Below the pieces are notes generated by a model. That model was not told where the DNA came from. It saw nothing but the letters and a program-made list of their open reading frames with translations, and did no database searches. A program made the position numbers and the translations under genes. From Klebsormidium nitens (Eukaryota > Plantae > Klebsormidiophyceae), in contig DF237226.1 of NCBI GenBank assembly GCA_000708835.1, positions 1 through 64,000 on the forward strand: a DNA stretch of 64,000 nucleotides, written 5' to 3'. Below, piece by piece: positions 1 to 13,500 of this stretch (position 1 is its first letter; each line of letters starts with the position of its first letter).

Positions 1-989
1 AGGCGGGCTGAGAAGCTTCGCATGGTTTCCGCACATGTGAAGTAGACAGGCAGCGTGTGACCCTGTCCAACCGTCACAAACCATGCCTTTATGCATATGC
101 ACATACTCAACATAAATTAGCAACTAATTTATTTTGAGCTAGTCGACATACGGTTCCTGATTGCATGCATCGGTGTTACTAACTTTGTTATAAATCTGTT
201 GAGTCATCAATCGAAATGAATCTCAGCATGCGTATGCATATTATGCCGGGTGACCGGAGTTGATTCCAGCTTAGATGTAAAGTCTGAGGAACTTATCGCT
301 GATGTCGATTTATAAACCTAAAGGTGGCCCCCATGCACCGTACCAAGTAAAACTATAGTTTTGATTGTAAACATGTCCAAATTTATGTTTGAACGTCCGT
401 CGGACATGGCGAGCGGGCGACCGGACGGTCGGGACGGTCGCCTGCCTCAACTAGCCAAGGCGCAATTCCCACGAGTATGAGTTCACATGCATAACTTAGT
501 GACAATTGGCGCAACAGTCCTATGATTTGTCATCCGAGTGTTGGTTGCTGGCAAGGTCACTCATGGCGGACTCACGACTCAGAGCGCAAATCGACACGCT
601 TTGTCACGGAAGAACTCTCGCCGGGATATCCAAAGGGCAGCCGGCCGGGCCGAATCCTTGGAGGGTTTGTCAAGGCCCTCCAGTGTTTGTTGACTTCGAT
701 TGGGGGCTAGCACTTCAAATGCGCTGCTCCAAGGTAACACTCAGCTCGTGACACACCACTTTTCGCCTTCTGAACCGACATTCAGAGCTGATTGTCGAAG
801 ATTGTAACATCATGCCTAGAAGCTATTCAAGTCGTTTCAAGCCACTGAGGCAAATTTTACAAAGGAACTCGGGTTTGGCATTATTATTGGCAACAGAAAG
901 CTGATTATTGCTGAAACGACAAGGTTGTCTGCTTTTGAAAGGAGCCAATTGACATTTTTGACGTCGCCAGAGGAGGTCGACGTTTCAAG

Positions 990-3900
990 CAAAACGCTCT
1001 ATCACCGCCGCCTTCACTTTCGACAGAAGCCCTTGGGGTTCAGGCGTAACCTGTAGGAAATTCCCAATGGTAAAAATAAGGCTAAGCCCGACCTAACCGT
1101 CTGGACTTTTCTTCTTGTTCTCAATGGTACGGCCCCTTGCGAAGCCGTACGCCCAGCCACGCCGCCTATCTTGAGCTTCTTGGTGGATTAATTTGCGGAG
1201 TTCTTTGAGCCAATCAGGCTCTTACCGGGCTCTTACCTTTCAGAACATTATCGGAATACTCACGGTTGCTAAATTTATCCTCAAGCAAGCACAAGCACTT
1301 TTTTGGCACAAAGGGTTTAGTCCATCGGAGTAATCGGAGAGGTAAATCCGACAATTTTTGCGCCAAGCAAAGTCACCGGTTACAAAGCTCGCACCGGCTG
1401 CCAAGCCCAGAAGATCAAACAACGTCATGCCGAAGGACCATTAGAACGTAATTCTCGTTTGGAAGGGTCCCTTCAGACGTATGCGAATTTTGCTACAACT
1501 GCTCTTAGCGGTTCATTCGACTTTTCATAGAGATAAGGACGCAAGATATCAGCATGATCCAGCCCAAAGTAGTGCTCGCTACGATTGCACGAAGGGCGCA
1601 AAAGGCTCGCTCCCTCACCATCTCGTATCCGTCGCCAGCGAGCCGCCATTTCTTCCCGCACGTGTGGACACGTGGCGTCCTGCTGGGCTCGTCTGAAGCG
1701 GGGGCGCTCCCCTTCTCTTCGTCGTATGAGCTCACCAGAGGATAACCCGCATGGGTCTGCACAGACGTTTCGTGACGTAATATATGATTGGCGGTAGTTT
1801 ACGTGTTATGAAGGGACGTCGACATATCAAAGCAAACCGCTGCTTGAAGACTACGAACATGCGTGCTGCCTATCGTGGAGACCTGGTGGCCCCCATTGGT
1901 TGCCAGGCCGATTTGACTAGAATCCTAAGTGCGACTCGGTGGGGTGTCCTGGGAAACGGGAGTCAGGTGACGAGAAGCTAGGACTGGGCCCAACGGGAGT
2001 CAGGTGACGAGAAGCTAGGACTGGGAAACGGGTGTCAGGTGACGAGAAGCTAGGACAAAACTTGCGGTAGCAGATTTCGCTGAGGGCATTACTAGGCACA
2101 CGGGAAAAATGGATTTTCTAACCGTGGAAGGGCATCCTCAAGGCATCAACGAATTTCATTTCTGTCAAATAGCAAGAAAACGGACTTCCGGGATAACGGG
2201 CTTGGATGTAGCGACGTTCTTGCATGATCCCGCCTATCTTGGGTAGCGCCTTACCCACATGAGGATGCTCCCGATCAAGTTTGACGCATCGAAGCCTTCT
2301 TTTCGCAGGCTCTCCGCATACTTGCCGCTTCGGTACCCAATTGTGCTGTGGAGAAAGAAATTGACAGTCAACGAAAAAGCAACGAGGAGATAAGTAACAG
2401 CCGCATAACACCGCCATTAGGCGAGACGCGGGCATTTCAATATGAAAAGTGACGAGTACTTTGGCAAGCAAGTCTCTCGTTGCAGTCGAGTAGTGCCCTG
2501 CCAGCAGCAATATCTTCATCAGGGTGTTGAGCACCCTCAACTCTCACCAGAATAATCAAAGCAGGATATACCATCGTTAACCAGGAACCGTACGCCGGGA
2601 CTGGAAAGAATGAGGAAGCGATTGACTGGGTAAAAGGCTGAGGGAATACTTTTCAAGCAGGAGCAAAGAGGTACTGCGCTCACCAGTAGCTGACAACTTG
2701 ATGGTCTCGGTAAGCGGACTTCCTCTTCTCGAAGTCAGCCTGCTTTAGCGTCCCATCCGGAATCATAGATACCTGGATTGAAGTAGAGGACTTCAGAACG
2801 TAATATTCTGCTCGGTCAAATAGTGTACCTCTTTCATTTCTCACCTGGTGACAGATGCCGGAGAGTGAACGTCAATGCGCATCTCTGGTTTTCGGATGAC
2901 GCATTAGAGAAGGCCGGCTTTTCAGCGAGCTGCTTTGTCTATGTACCAATCAGCAAGAATATCCAAGCTCATAAATTTCATAAATTTGCGATTAAGAGCA
3001 CAGGGCACAACCGAAAAGACTCATAAGATTGCCAAAACATTGGTGAGCCTGTATGTCGGCCACATTTGTACAAAGAACCATGTCACTGCAGGATTTGATC
3101 CATCATAAGAATCGGAGAGTCTCCGTATCTTTTCTGGTGATTCCTCGTCCTCTTTGTAGTCTATCTGTAATACCTTAGTCTTCGTCCGCCCACCATAAAC
3201 TGACACTACTCATTGAACTCGTGGCGACCTTCAAGCAACGCATCAGCGCATTTTGTCAGCTTAGCCTGTTTGTGACCACGGTCAAAACACCAGGTAGATC
3301 TTCCTAGTCTACACAGAGAAGTGGGAGAAACCAAGCTAGATGAAATGATGAAACGTACGCTCTGCTCGTCCGCTCCTCTAACGTCCACCACCACCACCTT
3401 GGCATCACTGCACATGGCACACACTTTGTGAGATTGCCATCAGGAATTGTAAGCGATCGCACGCTCGGGCTCTCTTTCCACCCCTCTCTGGGAACTCGTT
3501 CCAGACGCTTTCACAGCATCATTTTACAGGGACCATCATGGTGGTCTTGCACTTATGTTTCAAACACGTGGAGCTCATTCGATTCTGCTGTTGAGAGGAT
3601 AAGAACTTGTCAGGTGTTTTAGCTCCGTACTCCAACTCGCAGCCAGGGTGAAAGATATTTCCTGTCCAGATCAGATAGAACTGGAATTGGACGCAAAACT
3701 GCGAAGAATCTAGAGTAGAGGCGTTGCTACAAAGTTGATCACCAAAATTTGAGTCCTCGCCGACTTGCTCGCCCGCCAGAACAATCAATAACCGTATCCC
3801 TCTCTCTCAAAGGCCGAAAGCTCCGCAGAGATGAGATACTGCTCACCCCGCTTCTCGTTTCTCCAGCAGCTCGTGCAGGTTGGCTGGGCTGATCTCAGGT

Positions 3901-4972
3901 ACCTGCGGAAAATAGCTGAAGGGTTTCAGCTCAAGTTGCCCAGCTTCTTCGATGATGCATGAGATGCATTTACCATCAAGCGTATTCAACAGTAACGAGC
4001 CTACAACAACACCAAGATTAGACGCACCTTCATTATGTCTCTTGGAACCAGTTTGATCAACCATAGAGACCGGCGCTGGACAAGCGTCACTAGATTGTGT
4101 ACAAGCAGCCTCAAGTATCTCAGAGACCCCACGCTACATCTGCAATGCTGCCAAGGTGGGATGCAATTAACATTTGCAGCTCTGCTTCCTCACCTCAGGA
4201 AAGTGTTTCTTGTACCCCTCATACATCTGCAGTGCAGCTTGCTTCCGTTCTTCGGCCGTCTGCTCCATTGCTGTTCCTGATAAGTCAAGGGTCACTGCCT
4301 TTGGATGCAATCTAGAGTTTTTGATGGAATTTTCACCTATCGAATTGCATCAGCTTTTCAGCAGCTGGACCCTGCTGGCAGCATCATACAAGAGTAATCT
4401 ATGCGCAAAGGCGGGGATTGTTGCAGCCTTGCAATAATGACCACGAAGGCATGGAAGAGTAGGAAGGGCAAGAGGATTTTCGAGGCCTGCTTGTCCTGGG
4501 CTCAGGACGGCTTGCCTTTCGCAGCTGGGTGAGGTTAGAAATGGACAGATCAATGTCACCTGTACAGAGAGCAACACAGGGGCAACACTCTAGCTGTAGC
4601 CGAGCCTAGCTCGTTTGAAAGCTGATATTGCGAAGCTCGAGATGCTGGCAAAGGCGGAAGACAAAGCCTAAGGCTAAGGGAAGACAGCGCCTTATTCTAG
4701 AAGGAGATGTACTTGTCGAGTGAGAAACGGCAGCGCACGGGAGGTATTGCCATGTCTGTTTGAGCATTCAAAGAGTCCTGCGTACCCAGAAGCTCACATG
4801 AAGCCGGTCTGACCGGGTGACGGTTCTCAAACCGGGGCTGTTTGTGAGTGCAGCTTTTTTTGAACCACGTAAAACTTTCCACGTACCGATCTTTCAGAGC
4901 ATCCAGCCTTCTGTTCAGAAGTTCAACTTCAGGAGAGAAGAAAGGTGGGGCGCTTTGAAGTTTGAACTTCAA
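990..4972 (-). pseudogene. Possible multi-exon gene or decayed gene of unknown product; exon chain not resolved
   Basis: Several protein-like minus-strand segments: 4697-4972, 3847-4064 (ends at a GTGAG donor), 3206-3424, 3021-3206, about 2684-2830 (GTLFDRAEYYVLKSS...VVSYW, then GTGAG) and 2118-2540. I could not join them with consistent phases, and several end in stops. Confidence 0.3.
1949..2056. repeat. Three tandem copies of a 35-37 bp unit (TGGG[A/CCC]AACGGGAGTCAGGTGACGAGAAGCTAGGAC)
   Basis: Read directly. Copies are adjacent, near-identical and have no unique spacers. Confidence 0.95.
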
Positions 4973-5085
4973 CAGGTCTGCCGTTCATTCCACATTGAAA
5001 GTTGCAATTGGGGCCTGAGATTTTCTTAATTTTTGGACCGTCAGGATTTTCTCCTGCTCCTCCCATTCTTAGAAAGACGCCAACC

Positions 5086-8000
5086 ATGGCCGCAACGTCG
5101 ACGCTTCCCGCAACAAGGTTACCTTCTGCTCAAACACCCTGGCGCTCCGACAGGAAGCAACTTCTAAACACAAACTCTCTGTTGAGTCCCCAACAAAGGC
5201 AAGGGGTCCAAGTCCGGTGCCCTCCCTCCTGCTCTTACACCACTCCTCCATCAAAGAGCCGGAATGTGGCCGCTTCAGCAGTGGCCTCCGAAACCTCGCC
5301 TAGGCCTAGAGGCAAGAAAGTGCAAAAGGAACGGGGTAACTTCCTGTCGCTGGATATGAATGTGGATAGGCCGCTGACGGAAGAGGAGAGGCAGCAGGAG
5401 CGGCGGAAGGAGGTGTCCAGGAAGATCAAGCAGCTGGGCAGGAATGGGCAGGCGTCGGCGGTGAGGATGTTGGAACTGTAGGGTTCCGTCTACTTTCGGT
5501 AATGGTTTTCTAAGTGCTGTGGTTGTGGTGTTTTTGTCAGACTTGGCACTTCTGTTTGAGTGGTGGTATGCAGCTTTGCCCAGTGCAATGCAATGCATTG
5601 CTGCAAGAGTTCAGGGCGGCATGCTTGCACCTCCATGGCCAAGTACTCAGCAGGCTGGTGAAAATTAGGGTTTGCGGTTTGACCTAGCTGAGAAGGGGAT
5701 CATGCTGTGACGTCCTGGTGGTACACGTCCTGGTTGATTTGGGTGCCCTTATCCAATCAAGACCCTTGGATGTTTCTTTCAGGCTGGTCAATTACCTCCA
5801 ATTCCATATAGTTTGAGCTGATTCGATTTCGCTTCCAATTTTGGGTATCACCCGCCAGCCAACGCCATCGGCATCTGGCATTGGGAGTCCGTCACCGAGA
5901 ATCTTTGGACCCTCACCCATCGCAGTCCACCTGTCCAAGCTTTTCTTATTATATTCGAACACAGATACTCAAATGTCTGCTGTAGGCACTCAGCAACTGA
6001 TGGTTTTCAGGGAGAAGGCATCTCATGTTGCGCAAGTCAAGTTCCAAGGTCCACCACTTTGGATGCACTCTACTTTTTGTGTGACACCAAAAACTGAACG
6101 GCCTTTGCTCCTTTTTCGTTTCTTCAAGAATGTGGGGTCATGCAACATTGAGGTTTCAGTGGAATTCAGCAGCAAGTCTTCTTGCAGGCGTTACAGGAGA
6201 CGGTGGCTATGATGGAGGAGGGCATCTTTTCAAATGTGACGCCAATCCGGCCTGAAGTTCTTGAAAGCTGAACAATCTACTTTGCATTCTACTGCAAGAC
6301 ACCAAAGAGTGAAGGGCCAACAATCAGTCTGCAGGCCGTACAAGAGATGATTTTCAGAATGGAAAGACGGCGTCTCCCTAGGTATGGTGCTCATCAGGTC
6401 TACAAGCCCCAAGGCCGACAAGCAAATCACCTTGCTTTCCACCTTTTGAAGAATCAAGGGGTTAATTGCCAAAAACTCACTTTACAGGCAGTACAGGAGA
6501 TGGTGATTATGTTGGAGGAGGATGTCTTACGAAAACATGACACGAATGAGGCCACCGTCTGGTACCGCTATCGGGGAGATCTCGATCACTCAAGATACAC
6601 TGTGCTCGTTCCGTTCGCAGGAGGGCGCCACCGGAACGGAGATCGTGCTGGACGGCTGCGCCATCAGGCTCCAGGCCTTTAAAGCACACATTACTGAAAG
6701 CCCTCGATTTTGAGACACCGAAGGATGAATGCCAAACACGAATTGCTCTGCAGGCGGTACAGGAGACGGTGGTTATGATGGAGGAGGGCATCTTATCGAA
6801 ACGCCAATCAGGCCTAAAGCGCTAAAAGCCCATAAGATTTTAACTACGTTCCACTGTACAACACCAAATAATGAACAATCAACACCTCATTTTGCAGGCG
6901 GTACAGGAGATGGTGCTTATGATGGAGGAGGGCATCATGCCCGATCGCGTGGCGGCCACATCGCTCGTGCAGGCGTGCATCGAGGCGGGCGACACAAAGC
7001 GTGCAGAGTCCATCTTTGACCGGTTCTTTGGGAAGGATGGCGCGGTAAGTTCCTTGATTACCCCCCGCAATCTTTCGGCAATCACTCTCATCCTGGTCTT
7101 CTGCTTCTTGCTTTGGTTCTTGTCTCACGATTTGATGTCTTCACCCTGGCACCTGCCTATGTCGATCGATGCGTCCGTTTGCATTCTGTTGTTTGGACTA
7201 AGTACTGAGACCATGCTCGGTGGGTTTTTTTGAGCTCTTCTGCGATTTACTAGTGGCTCGTCCTTCGTGAAGTGAGTGTAGGAAGCCCGCTCGTAGGCTT
7301 TGAAAAAATGTCCAAAGTTGGTTCAATCGTATGATGGGATTGATAGGAATGCGCAGGTGCCTCAAATCAGTATTTTGCCGTTTGAAAGCTCTCCCCACGA
7401 TAAGCCTTTGCTATTCATGAAGTCGACTGTTTTCGCGGCAGAAGACATTCTGGGGCAGTCGGGCTCCAACTTTGACGATCTTTTGCAGACTCTCCTATCC
7501 TGTGTCAGTCCGTAATTTTCAGCGCCCGGCAAGCTTCTTCTGTTGTCCAGTTGCTCGTCACTCGATTGCCTCCCTATGCTGACCCCAATTCTGAAGCGCC
7601 TTTTTTCAGACACTGGACAACTCTTACTGCTAAAACCATTTTTTGGTTCTGATAGCTTTTCTGATCGCTGTTAATATTTTGGCTAACTTAGACGTAGATT
7701 TGAAACAGCCTATCGATGTCTTGCAGTTGGTAGCGGACACTGTTGCGATGGGCACGCTTCTACGGACGTACGCAGCGAACAAGCCCCCGCGATGGCCCAA
7801 GATCATGGCGCTGGTGGCCTCTATGGAAGCGTGAGTCCTGAAACCGCTCGACAGGTGTCGCCTTCCTGGCTAGAATATGCAAGTGTCCGGGTAGGTGCGC
7901 AACGACCGGCTTGGCTGCATCTGCAAAGGGTCCCAATCCATTGAAAGATTGTCTTAGGAAGAGGGTGTGCCTCGACTCGTAGTTGCTTTAGAGGGAAAGG

Positions 8001-9331
8001 AAGAAGACTTCGCAACTGACGTCCTAGTAACGGGCACGTGCTGACAAGAGAACAGATCAAATTGCCTTTCGACCGTAAAGCTCTAAAGTCACCCGGATTG
8101 TGCGCCTCGAATCCAGTCGACTTTGCGTCTGTCCGAACTACGTTGTCGCCGAACAAGCAGCCAGATGCGATGGCAGCCGCTGTTAATTTTTGACCGAGAC
8201 AAACATTTGTGTGTGAGCTTGCGGAGCGACTTTTGAAACAGCATCAGCGGCTTTTTTCTTTGCTTGACCCCTGGCAGTCACGATATTCAAATTGCAATTG
8301 AGGAGTCGACTTCTCGACCTAATGAAACACGGCAGTCGAGTGCACTTAGGAGGACAGCAGTAGTTTAACAAGTAGGTCAAAGTTTTGAGTGCACCACAAG
8401 ACGGAAAAGGCGGAGAGTGGACTCGTACCGTGCTGTGACGGCCCACTCGATCTGTGCAAAGAGCAGAATGGGTTGCGTTGTGCAAACCTGATTGTTGTTC
8501 TGATACTCAGCTTTCTCGTCTCACAGGGAGTATAGGATCAAGCCCACAGCCGGAATATACAACATCCTGCTCGGGGTTTGTGCAGTAACCAATGATACTG
8601 GTGAGTTTCAGTATCCCGCCCACGCTAGCCGGTGTTTTCCGTGTATGCTCAAGCCAGACCATAGCTAGCGCGTCCCAATCTAGGCTACTCTCAATTTCTG
8701 CTACGAGGTTTGTTGCTTTTACCAGAAGGTGCTTTCTCGCTATGCGATTGGACTCGGCGTTTTCTTGGCTCTCAGAGTTTTAGGGTAGTTTTAAAGCCCC
8801 AAAAACCTCCTCCCTGTTATTCTTGGACTCTATGTGCAAAAGTTGACTTAGAGAAATTTAGCTATCAGAATTTTTATTTTGGATGACGGGCAAGATACCA
8901 ACCAGGCCTTTCGTCATTGAACTGGGAAAGCCTCGGCCTTTTGCCCTTTTTTTTGGAAGTTGTCTGAAGGCCCGTGATTGTTTGCCTCCGCTGTGGTTGC
9001 AGTTTAGCATGTCCACTTTGTCTCGAGTGCGGCGCCTGCACCTGTACGTAAGGAGACATCTCCGCTCTTATTTGACCGATGTTTGTCCAATAATAACATT
9101 TGTCTGGAAGCTTTACGTGGAGCGTCGTCAGCTCAGTGCCGTTGTTTGACACGAGCAGTGAAAGGATTGTGTTTTTGTGCAGAGCGGGCGGTCGATCTGA
9201 TGCAGAAGATGGAGTCGGAGGATATTGGTCCGGACATGTTGACTTACGATGCTATTAGGAGGCGACGAGTGTTGCGGAACCAGTACAGGACGGTCTTTGC
9301 ACGCTTTCTAAATGACGAAGGTGACTCCTAG
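5086..9331 (+). CDS. Pentatricopeptide repeat (PPR) protein, 282 aa, with a probable organelle transit peptide
   Basis: Exons 5086-5460, 6898-7044, 7727-7830, 8527-8600 and 9183-9331 (849 nt), all GT-AG and phase-consistent. The spliced product has PPR-like units: MMEEGIMPDRVAATSLVQACIEAGDTKRAESIF, YRIKPTAGIYNILLGVCAVTNDTERAVDLMQKM and ESEDIGPDMLTY. The N-terminus is Ser/Thr/Arg/Pro-rich. Confidence 0.9.
5960..6940 (+). repeat. Degenerate tandem array (about 133-153 bp period) copying the 3' splice site and first ~40 nt of PPR exon 2, inside intron 1
   Basis: The true site is tttgcag|GCGGTACAGGAGATGGTGCTTATGATGGAGGAGGGCATC at 6898. Related copies start at 6754, 6488, 6335 and 6188, with weaker ones at about 6621 and 5986. 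The flanks also share a CACCAAA..TGAA motif. Confidence 0.9.
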
Positions 9332-10605
9332 CTGCGCCGATCGAACATGCGGCTATTTTTTCTAACTTGTCGAACTCCTCGGAATGAGGCTTGGGGCCTG
9401 CTTATCCGACAACGTGTTGACTCTTAGACCGAAGCTTGTTGACTTTGAAAGAGCAAGCCAGATTGGCTATCCACTTGCAGCTAGACGTGTTGTGGATCCG
9501 TAAGTTCGACAACTGAAAGCAAAGTTCGGTGCGCTACTGCGCACGGCCGTGATGTCACCATATACTGCAGCAGTGTAGGGTGTGCGGTTTATCATTACGT
9601 TGGTTTAAGCTGCTATAGTACGTGACACAAGTGACCGCGGCCCGGCGACTTGCATGATCAGTCATGCAAATGCATGTGCCGGTGTTCGTTGAACGGTAGC
9701 CCGCCTACCGTACAGATTGGGCTGCTTACCGTCGGTGGATATCGGACAGTACAAGTGGACTCGGAGGTGTCTCTCTAGCGCGGCTTGCCGCCTGGCAGGT
9801 TGTTACAACATCGCGATCCATGCATCATAGGTATGACAATATACGCCGAGCATGGCCGGGACGGTCGCTGTGAACGACCATAAATCTTTTCAGTTACCGC
9901 GGCTGGCGTATTCGAGCCTTTAAGCAGGGTTGCGCATAATTAATGTGACCGGACCCGGCCTGGCATATGCGCTCATGCACTGTGGCATGATGATGCTAGC
10001 AAAAGTTTTTGAAGTTACTTAATTTGAAACGTTAACTACTTTTTCAAGTTTGCATTGTATTGGATGCAAATGCGCGCGTGCGTGCATCAATCATCCCATG
10101 TACGTAATGCGGCGGCATGCACGCGGCCTGGGCGGCCGGGCCATGGGCTCTCCGGTGTGCCGGCTGTATGCTGCAGACTGGCATATATACATACCGTATG
10201 CAAGTGTCTCAGCTGCTTTCGATTGCGGCTGACAGCACCATGGTTTATGTTTAGTAGACGTACGTTTACCGTACAAACCCTAGAGTATCTTCTTTCTATA
10301 CGGTCATGAAAGTGCAAAATGCGGGCCCGGCCTTAAAAGCTTGGTTGAAGCGGTCAGGGTGGTTTGATTGAGAGTGGTCGCTATACAGATTGGTCAAAAT
10401 AAATGCTTTCGATCGGCGGCACCCCTTGGCTTTCGGTCAGCTCTAGAGGACAACGTGTAAAGGGCCGGTGCCAGAAGACCAGAAACTGAAGCTTGTATAT
10501 CAAAACAGGTGCTGCCGTTCAAACAGGAATCAAGTCACAGAATGACAGTCTGTCCGATGTTCTGCTTTTGTCTATTTTCAAAAATGAACAGTTTTCAATA
10601 TGTAT

Positions 10606-13500
10606 TCACGGATTCACAAAGGCCAGCTCCGCATCCGCCACGCGCAACAGCTGCCCCTTCGTGTTCGACGCGACGCAACTCTCCAACAAATACTGTCCCA
10701 AAACTCGGTGGGAATACCCCCCGGATCCGGTCGCTTCTGCGTGGCGCTTGATCCAGCTTCGGATGCGAAACTCGTTAATCCTTGGATACGACTTGTCCGC
10801 ATACTCAACTTGGATGCAGTCGATGACGCAGAAAAGCGCGCCCACCTGCGCTCGAATCATGCTGGCGTCGACGTTGAACAGCTGTTCGCCTGCGGATAAG
10901 AAGCATGCGTCCCCTTTCTTTCTCGGGGTCTTTCAACTCATTCTCGTTGAATCTTAACGACTCGGCAGGCACTCAAGGGTGGATTCTGTGGTCGAGCAGA
11001 CTCCTCGAAAGTAAGGGCGGAAGGACGGGATGACGCTTTCTGCCATCAGGCATCGGAAAATTTTCAGTTCAAAAGTGACGTCCTCTATCATCTGTTGTTT
11101 TGTCCTTCGTGGAGGTCGCGAATCTTGCCAGGTCTTAAAACCTTGACGCTGAGTACAGTCTTCGAGCCAGTACGCGGTCAGACCTTTCGCTTCTTACCGG
11201 ATGCATTGGCACGTATTCGACCTACGCGATTCTTTTCCAGCCGCGCCTCAATTGAAACCCCAGGTCAGTACCAGATTCGTACAAATTGGACGAATTTCTC
11301 AGAAGCTACAACTAACTATAAATGTGTCATTGTGGTACGGTTTCAGGTACGACGCATGACCTGAGTGTGATCGGGCAAATTGCTGGGCTGTACACCTTCC
11401 TCACTTTGGAAGTTGTCTCCGAACCAAGGAGGCACTGAATAGAAAGTTCCAGACTGCGACTCACCTCCCGAGCCGGTGATAAATGTGAAGGAGCTCTCGG
11501 GCGCCGCTTTAAGGAGAGGGACGAAAACCTTGGCCATGATGAAGTGCGACATCACGTACGTCTGGTATTGCGTCAGCATCTCGTCACAGCTGTCGTGCAG
11601 TCCCGCAAACTGCAGAAGGGGCCCCTGCAATGATAAGGGAAAGCGGCTCAGGCTTCAAACGAAGCATGTCTCCAAGACTGTGTAATTCACCAAAGGTCTA
11701 TGATCGGCATTACACGTGCATCTACATTAAGTGGGCACAACAATGTCAGACTTTTTCCAAGGTCTGCCCTCCGAAGCTGAAAGCCGACTTGCGTGGGCCT
11801 TTGCACCACTGCCCAAAAACGCACCTTTCATTCGCTATAACGTATATGACCGAGTGGACTGAGCATTTTGGAAGGGACGCGCTGCCACTCATGCAGTAAT
11901 CTGATGTGCGTGACTATCCTCTCTCCAGATTAAAACCCACAAGGAGGTAAACATTTCGAGAGTTATGGGGTAACCTTAGCCATCCCACGCGGCTTAAGGC
12001 TCTTCATGAGTTGGTTGTTCCTTTCAAGCTAAGACAGATCCATCCAGGCGTTTACGAAGAGTCAGGGGACGTTCAGTCGTTCACGTTTTTCGAGCGTCAA
12101 CAAACTGAGATTTGAGTTGCGTCTCCAGCTCGAGCCGTGCACAATTGGCCTACGAACACGTTTTGTAGCCTCTCGATGGCATCCCCACTAACAGTCGGAT
12201 TCCCAAGAAGTGTCCAGGACCAAACCAGATAGTAAAACGAACCAGAAGCAGAGACCTACTTTCTGCCATCAGTCGCGTGAGGTTTTTTAGCTGCCTGTCA
12301 ATGAGAATGAAGTTGCATCACCACCCTGAGCCATGCCCTTTCCTCCTACGAGAAGGTTTTGAGTCCCTTTTTATTAGCATTCTCAACCTGCATCCGAGCA
12401 TCATGCAGTACCAAATCCGATTTTGAAACTGTCTATAACCCTGAATTTGAGAATCATCCAGGACAAAACCCGATTTTAAAATCCTCGATAACCCTTGCAT
12501 TCAAGCATCATTCTGATTCATCCAGGACCAGATCCGATTTCTGGCGCAAAGACCCACTTTTTGCCACCAACTCCCAACCGCCGTCACCACATGGTCCACG
12601 GTGCCATACTTCGTCTTGACCTCGTTTCCCAAAGCTTCAACGCTCTTGGCGTCTGACACGTCTGCAAGCGGGGTCTCGAGATTGGCTGTGGACGGAAGGC
12701 TCTCTAGCTCGGACAGAAGGCTCTGCTTTCCCCTTTCATTCCTGCAGCAAATGTGGCGGTGTCAGACGCCATAAAATCTCCAATATGAAGTCTGGTCAGC
12801 GGAATGTTGCTTGTCTTTCTCTAGATACCCAGAATTCAACAAAGTCAATAGAGTTTCTGAGCTGCTGGTGAAAGATCAGAATGGTGCGAAAGCGGCATCG
12901 TGAGGAGGAGCCCTTGAGAAGCCCTACACGTTTGTTTGAGTGTTCTACGTGCTCAAATAAAGGGCCAGTTCCCTCTAAGAAGTAGAGTCTTCAGCACTGC
13001 AACCCAGCATTAATAAGCCAGCAGCGCAATGGTGCACATTAAGAACCTAAAACTGTGTGCAAGCGATTACAGAGAGCACCTGACATCGCAGCTCCCAGCA
13101 TTGCACACTTCTGCCCTTCCTCACTGTCCCTCAGAACTGAGGACCAGTGCTCTGCTCCTTTCACAAGCAATTACGAGCAATTGCTGTCTTGGCCAAACCG
13201 CCCAATTGGCCAGCGATTCAGCTGCTGAAGGCATGACGACAGACCCTTCCCTTGCAAGTGCAGCAAATATCGCAGGGCCCTTACTTCAGACAGACTCGGA
13301 TACAGGAAATCCTAAGAAGCCCCATGGGTCAGATGATTGAATGGTTACAATGGCTGAAAGAAGAAGCGGCTCTGCTCTGCTTCTCACCTGACAGGAGCAA
13401 TGACCTTGGCGCCCGCTTTCAACAGCTGGTAGATGATGCCGGATCCCACCGTGCCTGACCCGCCAGTGACCACCGCCACCTTGTTAGCTAGGCTTGCCAT
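10606..13500 (-). CDS. Short-chain dehydrogenase/reductase (SDR)-fold protein, 246 aa, atypical
   Basis: Exons 13500-13388, 12741-12558, 11624-11465 and 10889-10606 (741 nt), phase-consistent. Motifs: Rossmann VAVVTGGSGTVGSG, DVSD, VDHVVTAVGSWWQKGPL, FTFITGSGG and RINEFRI. Confidence 0.9.
12405..12545. repeat. Degenerate ~60 bp tandem repeats in SDR intron 2
   Basis: Recurring CCGATTT..., ATAACCCT... and ATCCAGGAC... blocks next to the exon 2 donor. Confidence 0.7.

Noticed and set aside
1949-2056. CRISPR-like 36-bp repeats
   Set aside because: The copies abut with no unique spacers, and there are no cas genes in this eukaryotic context. It is a simple minisatellite.
1300-3130. Peptide echoes LSDYSDGLNP/LSDSYDGSNP and GTLPNENYVL/GTLFDRAEYYVL
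   Set aside because: The two pairs occur in opposite order and there is no evident DNA-level similarity, so this is probably chance.
9576-10282. Possible hAT/MITE element with TAGGG...CCCTA termini
   Set aside because: The inverted repeats are short and imperfect, and the flanks (CAGCAGTG versus GAGTATCT) are not a target-site duplication. AAACCCTA at 10275-10282 is equally explained as a telo-box-like motif.
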